This document shows positions 36,129 through 45,343 of a stretch of 56,042 nt of DNA, piece by piece. Numbering within the stretch: position 1 is the stretch's first letter; the number at the start of each line of letters is the position of its first letter. The translations under genes and the position numbers were made by a program. Below the pieces are notes generated by a model. That model was not told where the DNA came from, did no database searches, and saw only the letters and a list, made by a program, of their open reading frames with translations. Source of the DNA: Chlamydiales bacterium. GTDB taxonomy: Bacteria > Chlamydiota > Chlamydiia > Chlamydiales > SM23-39. The stretch is taken from positions 1 through 56,042 of the forward strand of contig DATIIR010000058.1 in assembly GCA_035479435.1 (NCBI GenBank), read 5' to 3'.

Positions 36129-36161
36129 AAAAAATTAGCGAAAATTGTGGGTCAGACTTAG

Positions 36162-36911
36162 TTATAGATCGGCGAAGGGGCTGGACTGCTGTTCAAAGCT
36201 GCCCCCTCTTTTCCGATTGCGCAATTCAGAGCGGATGGAGAAGAGAAGGTCTTGATCGAAGTCTTTCCGCTCGGCCCAGAGGAGATACTCAACGGGGATT
36301 TCGTCAAAGCGGCGCCCCTTGTGCTTGCCGAGCGGCATCGTTTTGAGTTTGATCGGCTTTTCGAGGGTTTTGAAGATCTGCTCGGTGGTTTGGAAGGACT
36401 TGGTGAGGTACTTAAACACTTCGATGTTGACGATCACGTCGCTCATGGCGCGGTGGGCCCCTTCGGGTTCGATGTTGAAGTGCTGGCGGAGGCGCTCGAG
36501 GGAATTGATGGGGCTCTCGCCATAGAGGCGGGCGAGGCGAAGGGTGTCGATGAAGGGCTGCTTCTCGATTTGGGTGGGGATTTGGCTCCGTTTGGCCTCG
36601 GCGGCGATGAGAGAAATGTCAAAGCCAATGCCGTGGCCGATGAGGATGTGGCCGTGGATCAGCTTGAGCGCCTCAGGGAGAATTTCGGCGACTTTTGGCT
36701 TCCCTTCTAGCATCTCGATCGAAATCTTGTGGATGTCTTGCGATACTTGGGGAATGGCGCACTCGGGATCGATGAGGGTTTCAAATTTTTGCAGAATGTG
36801 ATCGAAGGTAAAACGGGCAACGGCGATCTCGATCATCCGGTCTTTGGCCGGGTCGAGCCCCGTCGATTCGCAATCGACACAGACAAAAATGTCTTGGTGA
36901 ATCAATCCCAT
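36162..36911 (-). CDS. DnaQ-like DEDDh 3'-5' exonuclease with a C-terminal DUF3820-like domain
   Basis: VCVDCESTGLD, HGIGFD and HRAMSD exo motifs. The C-terminus reads MPLGKHKGRRFDEIPVEYLLW. Confidence 0.85.
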   Translation of the reverse strand: MGLIHQDIFVCVDCESTGLDPAKDRMIEIAVARFTFDHILQKFETLIDPECAIPQVSQDIHKISIEMLEGKPKVAEILPEALKLIHGHILIGHGIGFDISLIAAEAKRSQIPTQIEKQPFIDTLRLARLYGESPINSLERLRQHFNIEPEGAHRAMSDVIVNIEVFKYLTKSFQTTEQIFKTLEKPIKLKTMPLGKHKGRRFDEIPVEYLLWAERKDFDQDLLFSIRSELRNRKRGGSFEQQSSPFADL

Positions 36912-37465
36912 AAAATTTGTCCGATCCTTTTTTCTAAGTTGACGCGAGAATGGTGGTCTTCGACTGTGTAGGGAATCGCTTCAGGGTGCTTTTTCAGGAG
37001 CGCTACTTTCTCGCCGCTGGATAGTTTATCAGTTTTGGTCAAAATCAACAAAAGGGGAATTCGCTTGTGGGTGGCCCATTCGATGAGAGTCTGGTCCTCA
37101 GGGCCGATGTCGCGGCGGCTGTCGATGAGAAGGAGGATGAGGCGGAGCGTGGGGCGGTTGTTGAGGTAGTTGTCGATCGCCTCGGACCACTTGCCCACTT
37201 CTTCTTTGGGCGCTTTGGCGTAGCCGTAACCGGGGAGGTCGACGAGGAGAAATTTCTCATCGACGGAGAAGAAGTTGAGGAGGCGCGTTTTGCCAGGAGT
37301 GGAGGAGGTTTTGGCGAGCCTTTTTTGTTCGAGAAGATGGTTGATGAGGCTCGACTTGCCCACATTGGAACGGCCTACAAGGGCAATCTCGGGGAGGAGT
37401 TTGCCTCGGGGGTCTTTGAGGGTGGGAAATTCGGTGAGGGTGGAGAGGAGAAAGCGGGCTTTCAT
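36902..37465 (-). CDS. engB: Ribosome-biogenesis GTPase EngB/YihA
   Basis: GRSNVGKSSLIN, DLPGYG and TKTDK motifs. Start chosen at MKARFLL (ATGA overlap with tsaE). Confidence 0.9.
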   Translation of the reverse strand: MKARFLLSTLTEFPTLKDPRGKLLPEIALVGRSNVGKSSLINHLLEQKRLAKTSSTPGKTRLLNFFSVDEKFLLVDLPGYGYAKAPKEEVGKWSEAIDNYLNNRPTLRLILLLIDSRRDIGPEDQTLIEWATHKRIPLLLILTKTDKLSSGEKVALLKKHPEAIPYTVEDHHSRVNLEKRIGQILWD

Positions 37466-37878
37466 GGGAGCACCTCGGCTAGGCGCTGGGTCCCGTCGTA
37501 GGAGAAGTGGATGGAGATGGTTTCGGGAGGGAGAAGGGAGGCGATCCGGTCGGGCCATTCGATGGCGCAGAGTCCCCCCTTTTGGAAGTACTCTTCAAAT
37601 CCCATGCTGGTGAAATCGGAGGGCTTTTTCAGCCGGTAAAGGTCAAAGTGAAAGAGGCGGTCTTGGTAGATATTTAAAATCACAAAAGTGGGGCTCTGCA
37701 CGTTTTCTTCGATTCTGAGGCCGAGCGCTAAGCCTTGGACAAAAGTCGTCTTGCCAGCGCCCAAGTCACCAGAAAGGGCAATCACCGCATTCGGAGGGAG
37801 GAGCGTCGCCATCTTTCGCCCAAAGGCAAGGGTCTCTTCATGCGAGGCGAGCGAATAGATCAATCCGATTCGACCCAT
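37462..37878 (-). CDS. tsaE: tRNA t6A biosynthesis ATPase TsaE
   Basis: LSGDLGAGKTTFVQG P-loop and HFDLYR motif. Confidence 0.88.
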   Translation of the reverse strand: MGRIGLIYSLASHEETLAFGRKMATLLPPNAVIALSGDLGAGKTTFVQGLALGLRIEENVQSPTFVILNIYQDRLFHFDLYRLKKPSDFTSMGFEEYFQKGGLCAIEWPDRIASLLPPETISIHFSYDGTQRLAEVLP

Positions 37879-38585
37879 TTTTCAAGATAAGGCCCGAATT
37901 CGAGGTGTTGCGAAAGCGCCTCAACAAAGCCGGCAATCTTGTCTTCTGTCAGATACTTCTGGATAAAGCTGAGGAAATGCTCTTCGATCTGGAACCGGTT
38001 CTGGTTTTGCACTTCGAGGAGCGTGAGTGGCTTTACATGGTTCTTTTTGAAGTCATCGATTACGGCTGCTTTGCTGTTGAAAAGCTTGCCTGTAACGGCT
38101 GATGAGTAGACGACCTTCTTCATCGATGCTTTTCGCTGGCTGATATAATTCTTAATCACTTCGGGGTCTTCAGAGACAAAAAATCTCTTCACAGGGAGGC
38201 CGCCGACTCGCTCTTTATTCTCTGGGCATTTGGAGACCCAGTCGTAAATGGCGTCTTGGGGATTGGGACAGGTGTTGTCGCCAAAGACCTTGCCGGTAAA
38301 GGGGCAGATGTAAATCTTTTTTGTCTGCTCGTTGACGCTTTGCTGGCCGAACTGGATGGTGATTTCCGTCTCACGCCAAAGCTTGCCCTGCTGCTCAAGA
38401 GCTGCGATCAGATCATCGATGCTTTGATAGATCGTCTTGTCTCGGGGAAACAGAACGGGCCTTACGTGGTGCTTTTCCTCCACGAAAAAGAGGTAAACGG
38501 TCACCAAATCGGCGCCGCGGTTCTTTTTTAAAAATTTCAGTAACTCGTTTTTCTGTTCCGCAGAAATACTGAGGGCAGTTGTCAT
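37860..38585 (-). CDS. Conserved hypothetical protein with a Cys-rich central motif
   Basis: 241-aa ORF containing ICPFTGKVFGDNTCPNPQDAIYDWVSKCP. I cannot assign a function. Confidence 0.65.
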   Translation of the reverse strand: MTTALSISAEQKNELLKFLKKNRGADLVTVYLFFVEEKHHVRPVLFPRDKTIYQSIDDLIAALEQQGKLWRETEITIQFGQQSVNEQTKKIYICPFTGKVFGDNTCPNPQDAIYDWVSKCPENKERVGGLPVKRFFVSEDPEVIKNYISQRKASMKKVVYSSAVTGKLFNSKAAVIDDFKKNHVKPLTLLEVQNQNRFQIEEHFLSFIQKYLTEDKIAGFVEALSQHLEFGPYLEKWVESD

Positions 38586-38718
38586 GATATCCTCAAAAAT
38601 CTTAGACAGCTAAGGTACAATAAAGACTGATTATCATCAAGACATTGATCGCTTCTTGATTTTGGAGCGGAGGCGTGATATAGTCTTTTCAAAAAATATT
38701 TGGCGAGGATCCCCCACG

Positions 38719-39879
38719 ATGAGCAACGCGACTTTAGAAAAGGCCCCAAAGAAAGTACTCTCCTCTCTGGTTCGAGAGGCGAGAGAGACCCTTCATCTCG
38801 AAAATATACCCGTCAAAGGCTACGAAAGGGTCGTCAAGGTGACGGACAAGAAGGCTGGACTCACGGGGATCATCGCCGTCCATAGCACGGTGCTGGGGCC
38901 CTCGCTCGGGGGGATCCGGATTCGGCCCTACCCCACATTCGACGCCGCCTTGGAAGACGTGTTGCGCCTCGCCAAAGGGATGACCTACAAAATGGCCGTC
39001 GCCGAAACGGGTCTTGGCGGGGGAAAGAGCGTGATCATCGCCGACCCTAAAAAGGAAAAAACCCCCGAATTGCTCATGGCGATGGGCGCCGCGATCGAAA
39101 GACTCGGAGGGAGCTACATTTGCGCTGAAGATATGGGTTGCACCATGGATGATGTGAAGATCGTTCGCCGTGCGACGAAGTATGTCGTAGGGCTCTCCCA
39201 CGCTAAGAGCAGCGGCGATCCTGGACTCTTCACAGCCTGGGGCACTTTTCGCGGGATTCAATCCATTGTAAAGCGGCTTTACATGACCGATTCCCTAGAG
39301 GGACGAAGGGTTGCAGTCCAAGGAATTGGCAATGTGGGAACCCCTCTCATCGACCACCTTTTTTGGGCTGGTGCCGAATTGATTCTCTCCGATATCGACG
39401 CGGCTAAATTGGACTACTATGCGACCAGATACAACGCGAAAAAGGTCTCTCCCGATCAGATTTTGAAAGTGGAGTGCGATGTGCTCTCTCCCTGCGCGGC
39501 GGGCGCCATCTTCAACGACCAGACGATTCCCCAATTGCGCTGCAGAGGGATCTCGGGATGTGCCAACAATCAGCTGCTCCGCGACGACCACGCGCGAGCG
39601 CTGAAAGACAGAGGCATCCTCTATGCGCCCGATTTCGTCGTCAGTGGCGGCGGAGTCATCAACGTCGCCGAGGAGCTCGAGGATGCGGGCTATAACCCCA
39701 CTACACCTCGCTACAAAGTACACCACATTTACGACACGCTTCAGGCCATCTACGAGATCGCCGACAAGAACAACGAATCGACCCATGAAGCCGCCGTCGC
39801 CTTGGCCGATTATCGACTCAAGTACGCGATTGGCAAGAGAGTTGTTCCCCCCACATTCCACCACAGCGCAGAATTCTAG
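38719..39879 (+). CDS. Glu/Leu/Phe/Val dehydrogenase family protein (leucine dehydrogenase-like)
   Basis: GPSLGGIRI, KMAVAETGLGGGK and VAVQGIGNVG motifs. Start chosen at MSNATLEK. Confidence 0.88.
   Translation: MSNATLEKAPKKVLSSLVREARETLHLENIPVKGYERVVKVTDKKAGLTGIIAVHSTVLGPSLGGIRIRPYPTFDAALEDVLRLAKGMTYKMAVAETGLGGGKSVIIADPKKEKTPELLMAMGAAIERLGGSYICAEDMGCTMDDVKIVRRATKYVVGLSHAKSSGDPGLFTAWGTFRGIQSIVKRLYMTDSLEGRRVAVQGIGNVGTPLIDHLFWAGAELILSDIDAAKLDYYATRYNAKKVSPDQILKVECDVLSPCAAGAIFNDQTIPQLRCRGISGCANNQLLRDDHARALKDRGILYAPDFVVSGGGVINVAEELEDAGYNPTTPRYKVHHIYDTLQAIYEIADKNNESTHEAAVALADYRLKYAIGKRVVPPTFHHSAEF
39267..39283. repeat. Iterated palindrome copy e
   Basis: TGTAAAGCGGCTTTACA inside the dehydrogenase ORF, translated as IVKRLYM. 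Confidence 0.9.
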
Positions 39880-41622
39880 ATGGAAACGGTGTTATCGGTT
39901 TTTAAAAAGAAGGTCACCGATGCGATGGTTCGCGCCTTTGGAGATGCCCTCTCTGCCGAAGAGGCCAAATCTGACATAGCCCCCTGCGCGCAGGAGGAGT
40001 TTGGCCATTACCAGTGCAATAGCGCACTTCGCCTCTCCAAAATCTTGAAGCAAAATCCCCGCGCTATTGCTCAGAAGATCATCGACTGTTTCGACTCCGA
40101 CATGTGCTCCAAAGTCGAAATCGCGGGGCCTGGCTTCATCAACTTCACCCTTTCGCCCTCCTTTTTGTCTCACCAATTGGAGCAGCAATTAAACGACCGC
40201 TTTTTGGGCGCTTGCCCTCCTGCAAAGAGACAAAAAATCATCGTCGAATTCTCCTCTCCAAATATCGCCAAGGAGCTCCACGTCGGTCATATCCGTTCGA
40301 CCATCATCGGCGATTGCCTGGCGCGCCTCTTTGAATTTTTGGGACAAGACGTCCTCCGTTTGAATCACCTCGGCGACTGGGGCACGCAGTTTGGGATGTT
40401 GATCACCTACATGAAGGCCTTTTGCCCTGCCGTTTTGAGTGGCGATGAACCCACGGATCTAGAATCGCTGATGCAGTGGTACAAGGCCTCCAAAAAGCGA
40501 TTTGATGAAGACCCCGAATTTAAATCCAAGGCGCAAAAAGAGGTGGTCCGCCTCCAAGCCGGTGAAAAAGAGTCGATCCATGCTTGGAAACTCATTTGCG
40601 AAGTATCGCGCAAGGGCTTTCAGGAAATTTACGACCTGATGCATGTCCGCATCACCGAGCGAGGTGAGTCGTTTTACAACCCCTATCTCAAAGACGTAGT
40701 CGAGGAACTCGATCGGAAAGGGTTGGTGACTATTTCCGATGGCGCCAAGTGCATCTTTCTCGAAGGCTTCCAAAACCGCGAAGGGGAGCCGCTCCCCCTC
40801 ATGATCCAAAAATCGGATGGGGGCTACAACTACGATACCACCGACCTCGCTGCCATTCGCCATCGCATTCAGGTGGAGAAAGCCGACCGGATTATCGTCG
40901 TCGTCGATGCGGGCCAATCGCTCCATTTCGATATGATTTTTGCCGCCGCGAGAAAGGCGGGTTGGCTCGACTCTAAAGTGGAGGCCGACCATGTGGGATT
41001 TGGCCTCGTCCTCGGCGCTGACGGGAAGAAATTCAAGACCCGTTCAGGGGAGACAGAAAAGTTGATCGATCTCCTGCATGAGGCGATCGATAAGGCGCGC
41101 ATCATCATCGCCGAGCGCCTTCCCGAAGCCGATCCGAAAGAGGCAGACCACCTCGCCCATGTCCTTGGGATTGGCGCTGTCAAGTACGCCGACCTCGCCT
41201 CGCTCCGCACGAAAGATTACACATTTAGCTATGAGCGGATGCTCCGTTTTGAGGGCAATACGGCTGTTTTTCTCCTCTACGCCTACGTTCGGATCAATGG
41301 GATCAAGCGAAAAACGCACGCCGACATGCGCCAAGTTCTAGCCCATCACAAGATTGCAGTGAACCACCCCTCTGAAATTTCTCTGGGCCTCCATTTGCGC
41401 CGCTTTGGAGAGGTTCTCGACACGATGGCCCGCGACCTTCTCCCCAATCGCCTCACAGATTATCTCTATGAACTTGCGGAGAAGTTCAACGCCTTCTTCC
41501 GCGACTGCAGAGTCGAAGGTTCTCCCGAAGAGGGAAGCCGCCTCGTCCTTTGCGAGCTCACGGCCCGCGTCCTCAAGCAAGGCCTCGAGATCCTCGGCCT
41601 AGAAACCGTCGACCGAATGTAG
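39880..41622 (+). CDS. argS: Arginyl-tRNA synthetase
   Basis: SSPNIAKELHVGHIRS (HIGH region), the class I core, and a DALR anticodon-binding C-terminus. Confidence 0.95.
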   Translation: METVLSVFKKKVTDAMVRAFGDALSAEEAKSDIAPCAQEEFGHYQCNSALRLSKILKQNPRAIAQKIIDCFDSDMCSKVEIAGPGFINFTLSPSFLSHQLEQQLNDRFLGACPPAKRQKIIVEFSSPNIAKELHVGHIRSTIIGDCLARLFEFLGQDVLRLNHLGDWGTQFGMLITYMKAFCPAVLSGDEPTDLESLMQWYKASKKRFDEDPEFKSKAQKEVVRLQAGEKESIHAWKLICEVSRKGFQEIYDLMHVRITERGESFYNPYLKDVVEELDRKGLVTISDGAKCIFLEGFQNREGEPLPLMIQKSDGGYNYDTTDLAAIRHRIQVEKADRIIVVVDAGQSLHFDMIFAAARKAGWLDSKVEADHVGFGLVLGADGKKFKTRSGETEKLIDLLHEAIDKARIIIAERLPEADPKEADHLAHVLGIGAVKYADLASLRTKDYTFSYERMLRFEGNTAVFLLYAYVRINGIKRKTHADMRQVLAHHKIAVNHPSEISLGLHLRRFGEVLDTMARDLLPNRLTDYLYELAEKFNAFFRDCRVEGSPEEGSRLVLCELTARVLKQGLEILGLETVDRM

Positions 41623-41630
41623 CGATTCAA

Positions 41631-41988
41631 CAAGTCTATCTACGCAGGGCAGAGAACAGGATAACGACTCGCTCTCGCGAGTCTGAAGATATCCACTCGC
41701 TGCGCGAGTGGGCAAGATACGTCCGCCTGATGGCGGACTGGCAGGATAAGAGAAAGGGGGAGCGCCGGGCCCAGCCTCCGGCTGGTATTGCGCCTGCGGC
41801 GCAATTGCGAATTGCATTCGCGCCCGGCGCTCCCCCGCTTCGCGTCTTCTTGGGGCGCGGGGCCTCCCCGCATCTTGTAAGCCTGCTATCAAGCAGGCGT
41901 ATCGTGCCCACTCGCAACGCGAGTGGACATCCTTAGGCTCGAGAGAGCGAGCCGTCATCCTGTTCCCCGCCTTGCATAGATAGACTTG
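41631..41988. repeat. 358-bp long inverted repeat composed of serial short hairpins
   Basis: Arms of about 140 bp (CAAGTCTATCTACGCAGG... versus ...CCTTGCATAGATAGACTTG) are roughly three-quarters identical as reverse complements. At least 10 local hairpins are present, for example 41693-41711 and 41908-41926. Confidence 0.85.
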
Positions 41989-41996
41989 TGGGTAAC

Positions 41997-42021
41997 AAAA
42001 AAACGCCTCCTAGAGGAGGCG
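41997..42021 (-). terminator. Rho-independent terminator downstream of epmB
   Basis: On the minus strand: CGCCTCC-TCTA-GGAGGCG followed by T7. Confidence 0.65.
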
Positions 42022-42151
42022 CCAAATAACAAAAAGGTGATTAGGGTTATTATGAATAATTAACAATGGTTGGTTGTTAATCGCCATTGATTATAGCAAA
42101 ATCATTAATATAGTTACAGTGAAGATTTTACGTTACATTAAGTATTTATTA

Positions 42152-43153
42152 TCAATAAGTTATGAATGTTTTGCTTGGCATGCCGGGCTCTTCCCTCGCG
42201 AATCGGGGGACCCCAAAGCCCGACAGGTTTTCTTGGATGTGGCGGATGAGCTGAAGGCCCCTCTCATCGGAGACGGCAAAGTGGCTGGTCCCCTGAACGG
42301 GGTCTAGGGCGTGAAGGTAGTAGGGGATCACACCTGCGTTGAGAAGCTCCTCGGACAGCGAGAGGATCGTCTGTTCATCGTCGTTCACTCCCTTCAGAAG
42401 TACCGATTGATTCAGCACGGGGATGCCGAGCGATTGGATCTTCTTCAGGCCGCCCACGACATCTTGGTCGAGTTCCCTCGGATGGTTTACATGGACGATG
42501 AAAACCATTTGCTTAGAAGAGTTTTCTAAAAGGTCGAGAAACGAGTCGTCGATCCTTTCGGGGATGCCTACGGGGAATCGGCTGTGGAAGCGGATCCGTT
42601 TCAGGTGGGGAATGGCCTCGAGCGCGCGGAAGAAAGTGACCAGGGCGCCATCGCTCAGAGACAGGGGGTCGCCGCCGCTGAGGATGATCTCCGCAATGGT
42701 TGGGTCTTGGGCGATGTAGGCGATTTCGTTGTCAAAACTTTTTTCCTCAGTTTCGTAGGGAAAATTTTGTCTAAAACAGTAGCGGCAATGCATGGCACAG
42801 GCGCTCGTCGCCACCACCAGGGCCCGCCCCTGGTACTTGTGGAGAATTTTCTTTGTTTTTTTGAACCGTTGATCTTGCACGGGATCGGTGACAAAGCCAG
42901 GAGTGATGGCCAGCTCCTCTTCCAAGGGCACAAATTGGCGCAAAATGGGATCGTCCAGTGTGTTCTTGGCTATTTTTGCGGCGAGCCGTTTGGGGAGATT
43001 GAGGATAAAGCGGGGCTGCTTCAGAACACGCTTCTTCAGTGCATCTGACAGTTCCAAAAACTCGAGGAGGGGTTCGATTTGTGTGAAGTTTCCTCTCTGG
43101 ATTTGGCGCCACAGGGGGATCGCTTGTGTTTTCTCTGGGCAAAGGACGGTCAT
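42152..43153 (-). CDS. KamA-family radical SAM protein (lysine 2,3-aminomutase / EpmB-like)
   Basis: CAMHCRYCFRQNF radical-SAM cluster motif and ILSGGDPL. Confidence 0.88.
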   Translation of the reverse strand: MTVLCPEKTQAIPLWRQIQRGNFTQIEPLLEFLELSDALKKRVLKQPRFILNLPKRLAAKIAKNTLDDPILRQFVPLEEELAITPGFVTDPVQDQRFKKTKKILHKYQGRALVVATSACAMHCRYCFRQNFPYETEEKSFDNEIAYIAQDPTIAEIILSGGDPLSLSDGALVTFFRALEAIPHLKRIRFHSRFPVGIPERIDDSFLDLLENSSKQMVFIVHVNHPRELDQDVVGGLKKIQSLGIPVLNQSVLLKGVNDDEQTILSLSEELLNAGVIPYYLHALDPVQGTSHFAVSDERGLQLIRHIQENLSGFGVPRFAREEPGMPSKTFITY

Positions 43154-43308
43154 AGCGCCAGAGAGTTTAATCGTTTTGAGAGCCCTTTGTCAATTTGAGG
43201 TTTTGGCTGTTCAAAAAATTCTTGCACAAATCTGAGGCGATTCGCTAGGATTCCCTCTCTTTAAGAAAATCTTAGTAGTTTTTAAAAACCAAGTCAAGGA
43301 GAGTCAGT

Positions 43309-45321
43309 ATGGCAGCACCAGTTAGTAGAGTAAGTCCCTCAGGAGCTTATGTTCCAGAGACGGATAGAAAAGAACGTCCAGTGTCAGAAAGTTCCGCAAT
43401 AGTGGGAGCGACCTCTCCCGGTCTATTAGACGCCAGGACGGTGGCAGATCTGGCCCGAACCCAAGCGTTGGGAATCAAACCGTGGATGGCCAAGTTACAG
43501 AAAAATCTTCCCGATCTTCCAGCCGATACGTGTTCTAATGCGGAGCCGGAAAACGTGGTGACCACGCATCTGAAATGGGATGTGACGCCCGATTTTGACA
43601 AAAAGCAATTGGTTGCAACGGCTACTTATACTTACAACAACAAAGTTGCCGACAATGACCGGCTCGTTTTGGATATATCCAATTTGGAGATTGAGTCGGT
43701 CACAGTCAATGGACACGGCACTGCTGTCTCAATCATTCCAAGCACAGCCAAGAATCGACCCGATGCTTTGGTGATTGTCATTCCACCAGAGAAAGGTTTG
43801 GGAGAAGTTGTGATCAAATACCGTACGACTCCAGATTCTAAATCTGTTTATTGGATAGATAAAGAGTGTACCCACGGGAAACAGCACCCCCTTGTCTATA
43901 CTCTATTCGAGACGAATGAGGGAGCGAGCGCAATTCCAGGTCAACACACTCCTCAGGTTCGACTCACTTATGAGGTCAACGCGCACACGGGAAGTCCCGA
44001 TCTGATGGCGCTAAGCAGTGTGACCAACAATCCAAGAGTGCGCAATGAGACGGGCGACTACATGGGTTTGAGGATGGGACGCGCTGTTCCTCTCTACTTG
44101 CTCAGTTTGCATGTGGGCAATGTTAGCTTCCGAGGCTATGAAGCCGATCCAAGAACTGGTGTCTATGGTGAGGATGGGATGATCGATGAGGTCTTTGGCG
44201 CGTTTAAAGACCTCCCCGAAATCATGAAGAAGGCTGAGGAGTTTTGTGGCCCTTATAATTGGGGAACTTACAGTGTGGATCTCCTCTCGTGGGCTTTTCC
44301 CTATATGGCGATGGAACACCCCTGCAACAGTACGTTCGGTCAGATCTGCTTGGAGCGGCCCTATGTGGTTCCGCACGAACTGGCCCATTCCTGGACCGGA
44401 AATGACATTACGAACTGCAACTGGCGTCAGTTTTTCTGGAATGAGGGGGCAACAGAATTCGCCGAATACCATATCTGCGAAAAGATGTGGGGTACCGATT
44501 ACGCTGCTATGTCATTTATGTATACTCTGAAAGAAATGAAGGGCGCAATGGACGAATACCGGGAAAAACGGCCCGATATTCTGAGACTTTGTCAAGAAAC
44601 AGATGATTTTGAATTCACCCGCATTCCCTATGCAAAAGGAGCTCTCTTCTTCTTTATGCTGAAGAACGCAATGGGTGAAAACGACTTCAACCAGTTTTTC
44701 AAAGACTACATGAAAGTTTTCTTTCAAAACACGATGTCGGATGATCGGTTCCTTGTCTTCTTGCAACAGTGGCTGTTAAATGAGAAAGGGATCGGACAGG
44801 AAGGCTTTGACAAGTTTATGGAGGAGCATAAAGTGATGGAGTGGCTCTACGGTACAGAACTCCCATCTAACGCTCCTCTCTTCCAGTCAAAATTGATGGA
44901 TATGGTCGAGACGCAGAAGGCGTGTGTATTGCGAAGGAAACCGGTAGACGTGGAGTTGATTCGATCTTGGAATATTTTCACTCAGGTCGCTTTCCTGAGT
45001 CTGATGATCGATTCTGTGACACCTGAAGAGCTGGCTTATTTGGATCAGCAGATGCATTTTTCCGAATCCACATCGATGTCGATTCGAGAAGAGTGGTCTC
45101 GCCTTTGCGCAAGCGCAGGCTACTTGCCTCTTCATATTCGAAAGTACATCGGAGACTACCTCATCGAGCGGAACAGCGCGCACAAGGCCAACCAAATCGG
45201 CAAAGCTTTGAGTAAAACTCTGATAGGTCGAGCCGTGATCGCCGATATTCTCGCACGAGGAGAAGGAAGGCTTTTTCCCTTGACTAAGGAGAAACTTGCC
45301 AATACCCTAAGAGCCAAGTAA
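43309..45321 (+). CDS. M1-family zinc metallopeptidase (aminopeptidase N / LTA4 hydrolase-like) with an N-terminal extension
   Basis: MAMEH (GAMEN-like) motif and HELAHSWTGN-x-WNEGATE (HExxH-x18-E). About 75 aa of low-complexity leader and no signal peptide. Confidence 0.85.
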   Translation: MAAPVSRVSPSGAYVPETDRKERPVSESSAIVGATSPGLLDARTVADLARTQALGIKPWMAKLQKNLPDLPADTCSNAEPENVVTTHLKWDVTPDFDKKQLVATATYTYNNKVADNDRLVLDISNLEIESVTVNGHGTAVSIIPSTAKNRPDALVIVIPPEKGLGEVVIKYRTTPDSKSVYWIDKECTHGKQHPLVYTLFETNEGASAIPGQHTPQVRLTYEVNAHTGSPDLMALSSVTNNPRVRNETGDYMGLRMGRAVPLYLLSLHVGNVSFRGYEADPRTGVYGEDGMIDEVFGAFKDLPEIMKKAEEFCGPYNWGTYSVDLLSWAFPYMAMEHPCNSTFGQICLERPYVVPHELAHSWTGNDITNCNWRQFFWNEGATEFAEYHICEKMWGTDYAAMSFMYTLKEMKGAMDEYREKRPDILRLCQETDDFEFTRIPYAKGALFFFMLKNAMGENDFNQFFKDYMKVFFQNTMSDDRFLVFLQQWLLNEKGIGQEGFDKFMEEHKVMEWLYGTELPSNAPLFQSKLMDMVETQKACVLRRKPVDVELIRSWNIFTQVAFLSLMIDSVTPEELAYLDQQMHFSESTSMSIREEWSRLCASAGYLPLHIRKYIGDYLIERNSAHKANQIGKALSKTLIGRAVIADILARGEGRLFPLTKEKLANTLRAK

Positions 45322-45343
45322 CAACAGTAAGCCCCAGGGAAGT

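Noticed and set aside
41550-41958. Mirror-image ORFs of 77-128 aa on both strands are predicted downstream of argS.
   Set aside because: They lie entirely within the 358-bp inverted repeat and are a by-product of its symmetry. Their composition is Arg/Pro/Ala-rich, and they lack RBSs.
43245-43265. The 11-nt match TCCCTCTCTTT to the tRNA-Ser 3' region, upstream of the M1 peptidase, was considered as a second att relic.
   Set aside because: The match is short and low-complexity pyrimidine sequence, with no T-arm context. It cannot be distinguished from chance by eye.
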